Shown piece after piece: positions 24,638 through 33,900 of a stretch of 37,973 bases of DNA. The position numbers were made by a program, and so were the translations under genes. The notes under the pieces are model-generated. The model was given only the letters and a program-made list of their open reading frames with translations, made no database searches and was not told the origin of the DNA. Origin of the DNA: an uncultured Desulfovibrionaceae bacterium. GTDB taxonomy: Bacteria > Desulfobacterota > Desulfovibrionia > Desulfovibrionales > Desulfovibrionaceae. The stretch is from contig CAYJPE010000001.1 of NCBI GenBank assembly GCA_964371965.1, positions 1 to 37,973 of the forward strand, written 5' to 3'. The stretch's first letter is position 1. The number at the start of each line of letters is the position of its first letter.

Positions 24638-25675
24638 TTATGAATGTGTTTTATTGCTTGTATCATCAGCTAATTGTGCTTCGCGTGCTGCTTGCAGAGC
24701 AAAGGCCGCCAGAACCGGCCCGGCCACAATGCCCGTGGGGCCAAAAGCCATAAGGCCGCACAAAATGGCAATGAGCACAACGGCAAAAGAGGCATTTAAT
24801 CCATCACGCAGAAAAAATGGCCGTAAAAAATTATCGGCTCCCACAACGACTATGCCGCACCACAAAAAAAGCCCCACAGCAGTACTTTTAGATACGGCAA
24901 ACCATATATAAATGCTCGCGGGTAGCCACACAATACTTGTTCCAATAATGGGTAGTGGCGCCACAAATGCTGCTACAAGTCCCCAAAAAGCGCCGCCGCT
25001 TAAGCCCGCAAACACAAAGCCAACACCACACAAAAATCCCTGTATACATGCCACGAGTACAACACCCCATAAGACAGCACGTATGGCATGACGTACAGCT
25101 AAGATGAGGCGTTGCAACACATCTGCAGGAAAACGTGTCAGCGTTTTTGTAAAGTAGAAGAAATGCGGCGCATAAATAATGCCGATGAGGCTTAAGGAAA
25201 TAAGCACGCATAATCTTAAAATAAAAGTCATGGTACTGCCGGCAATGCCAAGACTGCTACTCACAAGGCTTTGCACGGCAGAGGCAAGAAAGGAGGTAAG
25301 TTCTGCCGTTAAATGATTTATCCCCCCCTCCATGCCGGGAATCATGCGAATAAATTCGTCAACATCATCAATAAAGGCATGCATTTCTGGGCCTTGAATC
25401 CAACCCGATTGCTGCAAGCCATTAAGCAATTGCAAGCCGGCGGCCGCTTGCGGCGTGACCATGAGCACTACAATTGTAATGGGTAAAATGATGCCAATGC
25501 ATAGTCCAATGGCCATAAAGGCAGAGGCAAAAGAAGGGCGACAACGCAGTAATATATGCTCGTACACCGGGCGTAAAAGGCAGGCAAAGCATGAGGCCAA
25601 AAATACTTCATTGGGAAAAGGCCATAGGAGTAAAAACCAACTGCCAAAGGCTAAAAGTGCGTATATTCTGTGCAC
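24638..25675 (-). CDS. AI-2E (PerM/UPF0118) family transporter
   Basis: 345 aa polytopic membrane protein. The C-terminal half (VPLPIIGTSIVWLPASIYI...GIVVVGADNFLRPFFL...) is typical of the AI-2E family. Confidence 0.8.
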   Translation of the reverse strand: MHRIYALLAFGSWFLLLWPFPNEVFLASCFACLLRPVYEHILLRCRPSFASAFMAIGLCIGIILPITIVVLMVTPQAAAGLQLLNGLQQSGWIQGPEMHAFIDDVDEFIRMIPGMEGGINHLTAELTSFLASAVQSLVSSSLGIAGSTMTFILRLCVLISLSLIGIIYAPHFFYFTKTLTRFPADVLQRLILAVRHAIRAVLWGVVLVACIQGFLCGVGFVFAGLSGGAFWGLVAAFVAPLPIIGTSIVWLPASIYIWFAVSKSTAVGLFLWCGIVVVGADNFLRPFFLRDGLNASFAVVLIAILCGLMAFGPTGIVAGPVLAAFALQAAREAQLADDTSNKTHS

Positions 25676-25860
25676 AAGTTTCTCTCTTGTAACAATGTTA
25701 TGGCGCGTGTTTTGTTGTCATATGTAGGCACGCGTCGGGAAGATTTTTTAGCGGTGGTGAGCATGGTGCACACCGGTAAAGGTAAGGAAAAATATAAGTT
25801 ACAACTATTTCAAGAAAAAAAATAACATTTTTCCATAAGAATGATTTTTTTTGTAAAATC

Positions 25861-25876
25861 TGGCATTTATCTTGCT
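25861..25876 (+). promoter_or_regulatory. Sigma54 (-24/-12) promoter candidate TGGCATTTATCTTGCT
   Basis: GG at 25862-25863 and GC at 25874-25875 have exactly the canonical TGGCAC-N5-TTGCW spacing. The site is 81 nt upstream of GTG 25957, with an A/T-rich tract upstream. Confidence 0.6.
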
Positions 25877-25956
25877 TTGGATGAAAATAGCCAGACAGCG
25901 TAGGCAAAAATGTCCACAGAAAAAGTCTACGGAAAACATTTACATGGGAGGAAGCT

Positions 25957-26508
25957 GTGAACAATACCATCGAAAGCCCATTATATATACCAGTCACGAT
26001 GTGCTCTCAAACACCTTGTGACCCGCACAAGCATACAGGGATTAGCGACGAAGAACAAGCCCCCAACTGTGCCTATAAAGAGCGTGAGCATAGGATGTCA
26101 AGCAGAGCGCTTGACATGGTTCAGCAGTGTATGGCCGAGTTTGGTGACAGTGCAGCACAGGATTTGGAAGCGCATATGGAAGTTTTGCAAGATGCATTTC
26201 TTGCACACCTTAATACATTGCTCCATGCAAGAGGTCTTGCCTTGGAAGAAAAAATCATCTTGAGCCTTTCTCAGCACAATACACTTTTTTTGGAGTGCGA
26301 AGGAGATGAAGAGATATTCCTCAATGCTTTGGGAGACGATACGGAGCTTGTAGCGCGCCTCTGCTTATTGCGCAGCGCGGCACTTATGCAGCGCGCTTTG
26401 CAGTTTTTTCTGGAATCCCAAACAGAAAGCGTTCCGGATCATATGCCGCAATATAAAGTCTGTGCCAAGGGTCAGTTATCACATTTTTATTTGAAGGATA
26501 TGGCGTGA
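25957..26508 (+). CDS. Hypothetical protein (183 aa), no recognisable family
   Basis: GGGAGGA lies 5 nt upstream of GTG 25957. The product is acidic and predicted helical. I recognise no motif. Confidence 0.5.
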   Translation: MNNTIESPLYIPVTMCSQTPCDPHKHTGISDEEQAPNCAYKEREHRMSSRALDMVQQCMAEFGDSAAQDLEAHMEVLQDAFLAHLNTLLHARGLALEEKIILSLSQHNTLFLECEGDEEIFLNALGDDTELVARLCLLRSAALMQRALQFFLESQTESVPDHMPQYKVCAKGQLSHFYLKDMA

Positions 26509-26669
26509 TGCGTCAGATGCGCCGTAGGGTATGTGCTCTGCAGAGTCCTACATTAAAGAATGGTATAGTACGTGTGTGCGTGAAAGAGCATGCTCCTTGC
26601 GCGCTTAAAGCGGACAAGGGAACACTCCATCACGCATCATGACGACGTACGTGTTAGTGTGATAAAAAT

Positions 26670-28949
26670 TTACGATACATGAAGCAACTTCTGTGCTTCA
26701 ATGCTGATTGCCTGCGCTTTTTCCACCTCGAAGTCCTCTATAGCACCCTGTAGTTGCGCTAAAGGACTTTCAAGAGGTGTTCCCTTAAGCCGTTCTTTTA
26801 AATAAATAACCGTATCACTGGCATGCCCCCAATCCTGTTCCATGTGAAGAATAGCCTGCGTAAGCACATGGCAGGCGTGCTCTCGTTCCGCCACATTGAG
26901 CCGTTCTTCTATGGGTACAGCACTCTCGCCCGGGCCGGACAACCCATCGTCACCAAGGTTTTCAATAATGGCACTCACAGCCTCTGTGAGACGTACTATA
27001 AGAGTGCGCAAGTGCGGTGTTATCATATTTGGATTGTGTGTGATGGTTTTTTCTAGGTTTTCAGCAGCTTCTGCCAATGCCTCCGCACCCAGATTGGCAG
27101 CTATGCCACGCACAGTGTGAGCATGTCGCACGGCGGTTTCAAGGTCATTGTTTTGGAGGCAGGCACTTATGTCCTCGTTAATGGTCGCATAACGATCGGC
27201 AAATTTGACAAGTAATCCGGCATAAAGCGTTTCGTTGCCGCCTACAGTGGCAAGGCCGCTTATGAGGTTAAAGCCTTCCAAGTTTTCGGGAAGTTTGTTT
27301 TTGCGTATGGGGGCAACGGTCGGTTTGGTGACGTTTTCCTTTTTCGCGGTGGTGCGTGCGGGTAACAAACTATTGATTGCGGCAAAAAGTGCCATAGGTT
27401 CCAAGGGTTTGGTGAGGTGCGCATTCATACCGGCAGAAAGCGAAGTTTCTTTGTCGTCAAGCATGGCGTGAGCAGTCATGGCAATGATGGGCATACGATA
27501 GCCGGCAGCGCGAATGCGTCGTGTGGCTTCAAGGCCGTCCATAATGGGCATTTGCACATCCATAAGGACGAGGGAGTATTTTTGCTTTTCCACAGCGTCC
27601 ACAGCTTCCTGGCCATTGTTGGCAATGTCTACTTCCAGCTGGGCAGCTTTGAGGACTTCGTAAGCTATTTCTTGGTTTATTTCATTGTCTTCCACAAGGA
27701 GGATGCGCGCCGGTCCATCGTCCGCATCATCGTCATTTTGCGCTGGTATATCCGTTGTTTCAGGAATGTTTTCCAAAAGCTCTGTGAGAAGTTTTTGAAA
27801 TTCTGCAGGTGATGTTGGCTTTGAGAGTGCGGCGGCAATGCCAGCATCCTTTGCCAGTTGTTCCACCTCATTGAGGCAGTACTGGGAATGTAAAATCAAG
27901 ATTGGTGCGTGGCGCAAGGTCATTTCTTGTACATAGGTGGCAGCTTCTATGCCATTCATGCCGGGCATGCGCCATGTTAAGACAATCACTTTAAAGGGGT
28001 CATCCGTATTGTCGGCTTCAGCGATCTTTTGCAAGGCATCTTCGCCATTTGAAGCTATACTCACTCGCGTCCCTAAAGATTGCAGTGTGGATTCAGTCAC
28101 TTGCTGACTTAAAGGCTCATGATCGACGACCAAGATTTTCAGTGACGTGATGGGGCTATCATTCAGGGCCTTTTCCGACACACTGGGAACGCTCAGCGGA
28201 AGAGTGACATCAAAAATACTGCCACTTTCTGCCTCTTTGTTAGGAGCAACGGAAATTGATCCCTGCATGGCCTTGGTCAGTCGAAAGCACGTGGCAAGGC
28301 CAAGCCCCGCACCACCGTGATCTCGGGTATGGGAATTATCCACTTGTATAAATGGCTTGAAAATTTCTTTGCAAGATGCTTCGGGAATGCCAATGCCTGT
28401 ATCAATCACTTTGAAGGATATGGCGCCGTCACTTGTGCAGCTCACATGAAGGCTCACACTCCCTTTTTCTGTGAACTTAATGGCATTGCCTGTGAGATTG
28501 AGCAATATTTGCGAAATACGCATGGCATCGCCTGTGAGTTCAGGAGGTACATCTTTTTCAACATGAGCGCGGAAAAGGAGGGATTTTGCGCGGCACCGTG
28601 GCTCTATCGTCGTAATGATATTTTGGATAATGGTATCAAGGCGAAAAGGGAGAGGGTTAAGTGCAAAACCACTTTCTTCCATTTGCGAATAATCCAACAT
28701 CTCTTGAAAAATATGCAGCAAGTCTTTTGCAGAATCTGTAATAGATGTCAGATATTTACGCTGCTGGTCGTCAAGGCGTGTTTGCTGAAAAAGATAACCA
28801 AAGCCTATGATGGCATTGATGGGAGTTCGAATTTCATGGCTAAGTTTAGCTAAGAAGTTGTCTTGCATATGCGATAAGTCCTCAAAAGTTCCAGTGTTGA
28901 AGAATAAATTATAGGCGTCTTTTACTCGCACGACATTGCATCCAAACAA
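26670..28949 (-). CDS. Hybrid sensor histidine kinase without input domain: HisKA-HATPase_c-pseudoREC-REC-Hpt
   Basis: H-box LSHEIRTP (His38), N-box NLTGNAIKF, G1 DTGIGIP and G2 GGAGLGLA. REC1 has Thr325 at the phospho-Asp position (VIVLTWRMPGMNG). REC2 is canonical (VLMDVQMP, AMTAH, LTKP). The Hpt motif is AHTVRGIAANLGA. The start is ambiguous: TTG 28949 or ATG 28868. Confidence 0.9.
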   Translation of the reverse strand: MFGCNVVRVKDAYNLFFNTGTFEDLSHMQDNFLAKLSHEIRTPINAIIGFGYLFQQTRLDDQQRKYLTSITDSAKDLLHIFQEMLDYSQMEESGFALNPLPFRLDTIIQNIITTIEPRCRAKSLLFRAHVEKDVPPELTGDAMRISQILLNLTGNAIKFTEKGSVSLHVSCTSDGAISFKVIDTGIGIPEASCKEIFKPFIQVDNSHTRDHGGAGLGLATCFRLTKAMQGSISVAPNKEAESGSIFDVTLPLSVPSVSEKALNDSPITSLKILVVDHEPLSQQVTESTLQSLGTRVSIASNGEDALQKIAEADNTDDPFKVIVLTWRMPGMNGIEAATYVQEMTLRHAPILILHSQYCLNEVEQLAKDAGIAAALSKPTSPAEFQKLLTELLENIPETTDIPAQNDDDADDGPARILLVEDNEINQEIAYEVLKAAQLEVDIANNGQEAVDAVEKQKYSLVLMDVQMPIMDGLEATRRIRAAGYRMPIIAMTAHAMLDDKETSLSAGMNAHLTKPLEPMALFAAINSLLPARTTAKKENVTKPTVAPIRKNKLPENLEGFNLISGLATVGGNETLYAGLLVKFADRYATINEDISACLQNNDLETAVRHAHTVRGIAANLGAEALAEAAENLEKTITHNPNMITPHLRTLIVRLTEAVSAIIENLGDDGLSGPGESAVPIEERLNVAEREHACHVLTQAILHMEQDWGHASDTVIYLKERLKGTPLESPLAQLQGAIEDFEVEKAQAISIEAQKLLHVS

Positions 28950-29095
28950 AGGTCATTTTGCATAAAAAATGTCTTTTTCGCAAGATGCTTGTGGGGCTTT
29001 CTCAAAAAAAATCCATATAAATCCTATGAAAAAAGTAAGTTTTTCCATAGGTATGCAAAACATCCCAAGAAGTACAGGATTGACTTCATCGCAAA

Positions 29096-29497
29096 TTACT
29101 TTATAAGAACACTTATGCAATTCCACTGTTCGGCATATTCGTAGGTCACTTTATCCGCAAGAGATTTTACAAGAAAAATGCCTTCACCTCCCTCCTTCAT
29201 CTCCAAAAGATTTTGCAAGCGCAGCGAGTCATCGTGCTCAAGCGGATTAAAGGCGGGGCCTTGATCTTTAATGTGTAAGAGTACGGCGCTGTAGTCGGCA
29301 AGAACACTTATGCGAACAGGACCTGCCAGTCTGTCTTTATAAGCGTGTAAGGCTACATTGTTATAGAGTTCTTCAAGGATGACGAAAAGTTTTTGGCGTA
29401 CAGTCATGTCAGTATCAGCCGCAAGTAACTGTTCCGAGGCCATGGCGAGCACGGGGCGCAGATTGTCCGGTATGGCAATGCATTCAAAATTTTTCAT
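29096..29497 (-). CDS. RsbW/SpoIIAB-type anti-sigma factor serine kinase (HATPase_c_2)
   Basis: 133 aa. N-box EELYNNVALHA, G1-like DQGPAFNP and G2 GGEGIFLV. The ATG abuts the TAA stop of the STAS gene. Confidence 0.8.
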   Translation of the reverse strand: MKNFECIAIPDNLRPVLAMASEQLLAADTDMTVRQKLFVILEELYNNVALHAYKDRLAGPVRISVLADYSAVLLHIKDQGPAFNPLEHDDSLRLQNLLEMKEGGEGIFLVKSLADKVTYEYAEQWNCISVLIK

Positions 29498-29851
29498 TTA
29501 TGCCCCCAATGCGCTGTCAGCGCGCGCGCGTGCCTCCTCCGTATCTTTGGCAAGGGGAAAAATTGTGCTAAAGCCGGAAGTGGTAAAAATTTCAAGCGCA
29601 AGGCCGCTGAGACCACACAGAGTCATGGTGGCGTTGATGGCCTTGGTGGCTTGCCCCAATATCATGATAGCGCGCAAGCCTGTGCTTGTAAGATAGGGCA
29701 TTTCTGTGCAGTCAAGAATAAGAGCTTTTGTTGTATCTGTGATACTTGCACGTATGGTTTCTATGAATTCAGGTGCTTGCAATGTGTCCAAAGCGCCGAT
29801 AATGCGAAATTCGGCAATGTGCTCTGCATAGGTGTTTTTGATGATTTCCAT
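29498..29851 (-). CDS. STAS-domain anti-sigma-factor antagonist (SpoIIAA/RsbV-like)
   Basis: 117 aa. LILDCTEMPYLTSTGLRAIMIL matches the STAS phospho-Ser loop (D/T-S-S/T-G-L). GGAG lies 5 nt upstream of the ATG and 24 nt after the tssE stop. Confidence 0.8.
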   Translation of the reverse strand: MEIIKNTYAEHIAEFRIIGALDTLQAPEFIETIRASITDTTKALILDCTEMPYLTSTGLRAIMILGQATKAINATMTLCGLSGLALEIFTTSGFSTIFPLAKDTEEARARADSALGA

Positions 29852-29875
29852 GTATACTCCACGATATTGTGAATG

Positions 29876-30307
29876 TTATGCGTCAGTCGTCGTTTTTTTT
29901 ACAGAAATACGACCTGTGGACGTGAGGACTGTTTGAAATATCACGGGAATGTTTTTGAGCCCTGCGGGTATTTCGCCCTCCAGTGAAAATTGCATTTTGA
30001 GCGGATCTTTGGAATCCGGCACAAAGGAGACATGTACATTTTTGATGCGTCTTTCATAGCGGCTGACCACCTCCAAAATACTTTTTTCAATGGTTGCAAT
30101 GGACGCACTGTTGAAAGTTGTTGTGAGTGCAGAAAAATCGGGTATGCCAAAGTCACTGCCGATAATAGCAGATTCTTGACGAGTGTTGAGCACCTTCGTA
30201 AGGTGGTTCAAAATGGACTCTTGCAGCTTCACAGGGTCAGAAACATCGAGGGTTTGTGGCCCCTGTTCCATTTCGCGTATGCGTTCTAGTAATCTTTTGT
30301 CGTGCAT
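29876..30307 (-). CDS. tssE: Type VI secretion baseplate subunit TssE (gp25/GPW-like)
   Basis: 143 aa. SILNHLTKVLNTRQES....DFGIPDFS is the characteristic TssE N-terminal signature. Context is a T6SS cluster. Confidence 0.8.
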   Translation of the reverse strand: MHDKRLLERIREMEQGPQTLDVSDPVKLQESILNHLTKVLNTRQESAIIGSDFGIPDFSALTTTFNSASIATIEKSILEVVSRYERRIKNVHVSFVPDSKDPLKMQFSLEGEIPAGLKNIPVIFQTVLTSTGRISVKKTTTDA

Positions 30308-30314
30308 AATCGAA

Positions 30315-30926
30315 TTATTTTATTGGTGTTAACTTGATATAAATCATGGTATCCGTGTAGCGTACTTCTTCAGTAAATGAGGCTATGGGGCTTCGTCCCA
30401 AGAGGCTTATGCGAGCATAATCTTTGTGCTGCGCCATTTGTACGAGGCGTACGGGCAAGGTGGCGGCAGGGTGTTCATTTTGATACGAACAGTGAATACT
30501 CCCGTGAAAGTCCAGTACGCGTGCCCTTTGTGAACTGACAGTAAAAGTCGTATAGCCCTTCACGTGACCTTCATAGGGAATGGCGATAAGCACATCGTCG
30601 TCCGAAATTGGTATACCCTCAACAAATGTTGTGACAATAACAGCCTTTTGAAAAGTAGCTTTGCCATTTTCTGTGCCCTTTGGCAAGAGCGGGAGCTCGG
30701 TTATAATCTCCGGCTCCGGCTGTGGTGAACTTGCAACAGGTGTGGGAAGTGGCTCCTCTGCTGTGAGAGAGATTGCGTTTAATGTACTGGCATCTTTTTG
30801 GAAGGTGTGGACAATGACCGAAAAAGGTGTTTCAAGGTCATGAAACACGAGAAAGGCCAAGGCTACGAGCATCAACACCCAAAAGACGAGGAGAGCGCTC
30901 AATTTTTTTCGTAAAACTGTTGTCAT
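30315..30926 (-). CDS. Membrane-anchored protein with Pro-rich linker and possible C-terminal AMIN-like domain (T6SS-associated)
   Basis: One TM segment (LSALLVFWVLMLVALAFLVF) and linker PLPTPVASSPQPEPE. The C-terminal strings RARVLDFHGSI and VRLVQMAQHKDYARISLLG resemble the AMIN pattern (PdRlvlDl / vRvgqhpd.tRvVldl). ATG 30926 lies 4 nt after the tssM stop. Confidence 0.4.
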   Translation of the reverse strand: MTTVLRKKLSALLVFWVLMLVALAFLVFHDLETPFSVIVHTFQKDASTLNAISLTAEEPLPTPVASSPQPEPEIITELPLLPKGTENGKATFQKAVIVTTFVEGIPISDDDVLIAIPYEGHVKGYTTFTVSSQRARVLDFHGSIHCSYQNEHPAATLPVRLVQMAQHKDYARISLLGRSPIASFTEEVRYTDTMIYIKLTPIK

Positions 30927-30930
30927 GGCA

Positions 30931-33900
30931 TCACCATACATGGGTTATGCGTTCAGGAAGGGCAGGCAAGGTATTTTCTTGCGCAGCCACAATTGCCGCC
31001 GCATTTTCCGGCAATATGCGTATCGTGATTTGTTGAATTCCAAGAGATTTCAGCGTTTCTGTTTGTGCAGGAAAATCCTCCGGTGTAAAAATGCGTTCGC
31101 CGTAGGCGAAGTCTTTCAAAAATGCGGGCATATCAGGATACACGTAGCTCAGTGTGGTTGAAGGAAAGCTCAAGGTCAAACGCACCACATGCGGCGTTTT
31201 GGGCACGTAGGTAAAGGTTTTTCGTGCAGGGTAATTGCTATTGCGCAAGGTAATGGCACCTGTGGTAGGGGCACCTGTGACGGCGTCTGTGCCTGCGGGG
31301 CCTGTGGTAGACAGTTCAAAATATTGGAGGCGTTCCTTGGCGTCGGCATTAACGTTGCTTGTTTGTGAAAACATGCTTATTTCGTAGGAATCTTGCGGCA
31401 AATTCATGCCAACCACATTGCCTTGCTGCACAAAGGATAAGAAGTCTTCCGTGAAGGGGAAGCTCGTATCGAGCCATGTTTTCGTTGTGTAGGAGCCCAC
31501 TTGTCGGTTTAAGAAAGGTGCGGCCACATTGGTGACAAAGGCTTGCAAAAGGCCTTGTTCTCCGGCCAGGGCTTGAGCAAATTTTTCTTGCGGCAAGATG
31601 ATGGCAGGGGCAAGGACGGTAGCTTCCCAGTATTTTTGTACGGTTAAGGCGGAGGCACAGGTGAGTGTGTGTGCGAGAAATCGCAATGGACCTTGCATGA
31701 GAAAGGCGATGGGATTATCGGCGTCAGGCTTGGCGGCTTGTGCCAGTTGGCTGTGGGGGCTTAAAAGAGCCGAATTTTTTTTCTCAATATTTATGCCTAT
31801 GCGCCCGAGGCAGGTCTGAATGTTGTTGTGCCCGACGGCAAAGTTGCTTTCCTTGGCATTGCCTTCGTATTCTGCGCGCGCCAATTCGTAGGTGCCGGCT
31901 TCGCTTGTGAGGGTGCCTTGCAAATCTTTAAGTGCCTGCTGATAATTGCGTAGATCGTTGATGGCGTCCAAGACCATGCTCATATCTTGCGTTTCTAAAA
32001 GCGCATCAAAGGAGGCGTCTGGTGTTTCAAAAATGCTCATAAGGGTGCTTGGCATGGCCATGAAGGAGTTTGGTTTTGTGTTTCGTGAAAGACGCACCAC
32101 ATCTACCAAAGCCTGCATAAGTTGCAGCTTCTCCACCCATGCCGGAGCAACGACAGAGTTGTGCAAGGGAGTGAGTTCTTCTGCCGCCCTTTTCAAAAGG
32201 CGCATGGTAGGAATATCTTCAAAGCGTTTGACCATAGCTGTGGTATACAGTGTGGAGACTTGTGTGACATCCTGCCATGCAGTATCTGTTTGTAGTATAA
32301 ACTCCTTCCACGCAGTGGCGTAGCGTTGTTCGTAGTCTTTCCAGAAGGCTTGCTCTCGTAAGGTACCCACATCGTCGCCGAGGAGGCGCTGCACTTGTTC
32401 TTCGAGCAGGCTGTAGCCGGCTTTTGTGTACATGGGGAGCACTTGAGTGAAACCTTCGGTGCCGGCGGGCACATTGGGCCAGAAGTCGGAAAGGGGGACA
32501 GCCTTTCTGGCGAGCTTGGTATTCACTTGATGTTCCAGATAGGCGAGCATGTTACGCTCATTGTTATCAAAGAGTGTGTGGACAGCTTCGGCAAGCTGTT
32601 TTTGGAGCGTTTGTAAACGTGTTTCGTCGGCTACTTTGACGTAGAGGAGGAAGAATTGTCCAAAATTGAGCGACCAAAGCGCGTCAATGGGGGGACCTTC
32701 TTCGGCAAGGGGTGTGAGCCCTCGGGGCATGCCGGACGCAGAGAGTGCCGCCAACGTGGTTGCCGGACTGGGATCCGCCGTCGCTGCAGTAACAGGGGTG
32801 TTCACAGACGCAATGGGACTTATGGGAGGCGCCGGCGGCAGGGGATTGATAAATTTTTCGCCAGTGAAGCGCGCACCCACGGCATCTTGCATCCAAAGAA
32901 GGCAACGCGCGGTGTGGCTTGCAAGGGCATAGTCGCTCGCGCTGTTTTGCTGTGTTTCTGTCGCGAGAGAACGCAAGACATAGCCGTCGTTTATGTCCAT
33001 AAAGGTGCGCAAAATAAGCGGGATAAGCTTTTGTTCCATACTGTTAATAAAGTGCGTGGCCGTTGTTTTGCGTGCTGTCTGTATTTGGTTAATGCCAAAG
33101 AGCGGGAACCACCAGCGGCGAATGGCACTATCAAGATGAGTCAGTCGAGAACTTTGTTGCAGAAGCTCTGCATAGCCGGGCGCAAGGGTGCTTTGCTCTG
33201 CCACAACTTCAAGCTGCTTAAGCTCCCGCATGGTGTGACTTGTATAAATGGTGTTGGCTGCTATGATACCGCAGAAACTGAAGAGGAGGAGGTACCATGC
33301 GCTTGTACAGGGCAAGGCCAGCTGCTCAAAGCGTATACCATGCTTGATCGGTTGCTGAAGAAAGCGATCGGCCGGCAGTCTTTGTAAAAATATTTCTTCC
33401 ACAAAGGCCATATTCCACTGCTGTTTGGGGGTGTGCGCATATGGGGTAAAAGGGAGAGCAGAGTGCTTGCCATGTGTCATATTTGGTAGAGGCAGCGTGT
33501 TTTCGTCTGTTGTAGAGTGCGCGTGTGTGTCGCTGTTGCCTTGTTCGTTGGCGAGAGTTGCGATGTCTGCATCTGTCATAGGACTTGTTGCAGTTGGTGG
33601 TGTAAAAAGAATGTGAGGCATGCCTCCCGTACCGTGTGTGCTCTCCTGCTCTGCTCTGTTTTGCTGCGCGATATTTGGCGCCGATGCCGCGCTCGTTGTA
33701 GGCACAGTCTTCGTCAAGTGTGCAAATGGATCGGATTGCATAGCCGTGGCTGTGGCTGCATAAGTCTCTGTTTGTGTACACGTGAGGTAGACAGCACGCA
33801 AGCGCGCAGTGGCGCCTGTCGCTTTGGCAAAGAACAGGCAATTTAAAAAAATTGCCAAGCCTTTTTCCAGAGCTTCAACGGCACCCGGCGCTGCATAAAC

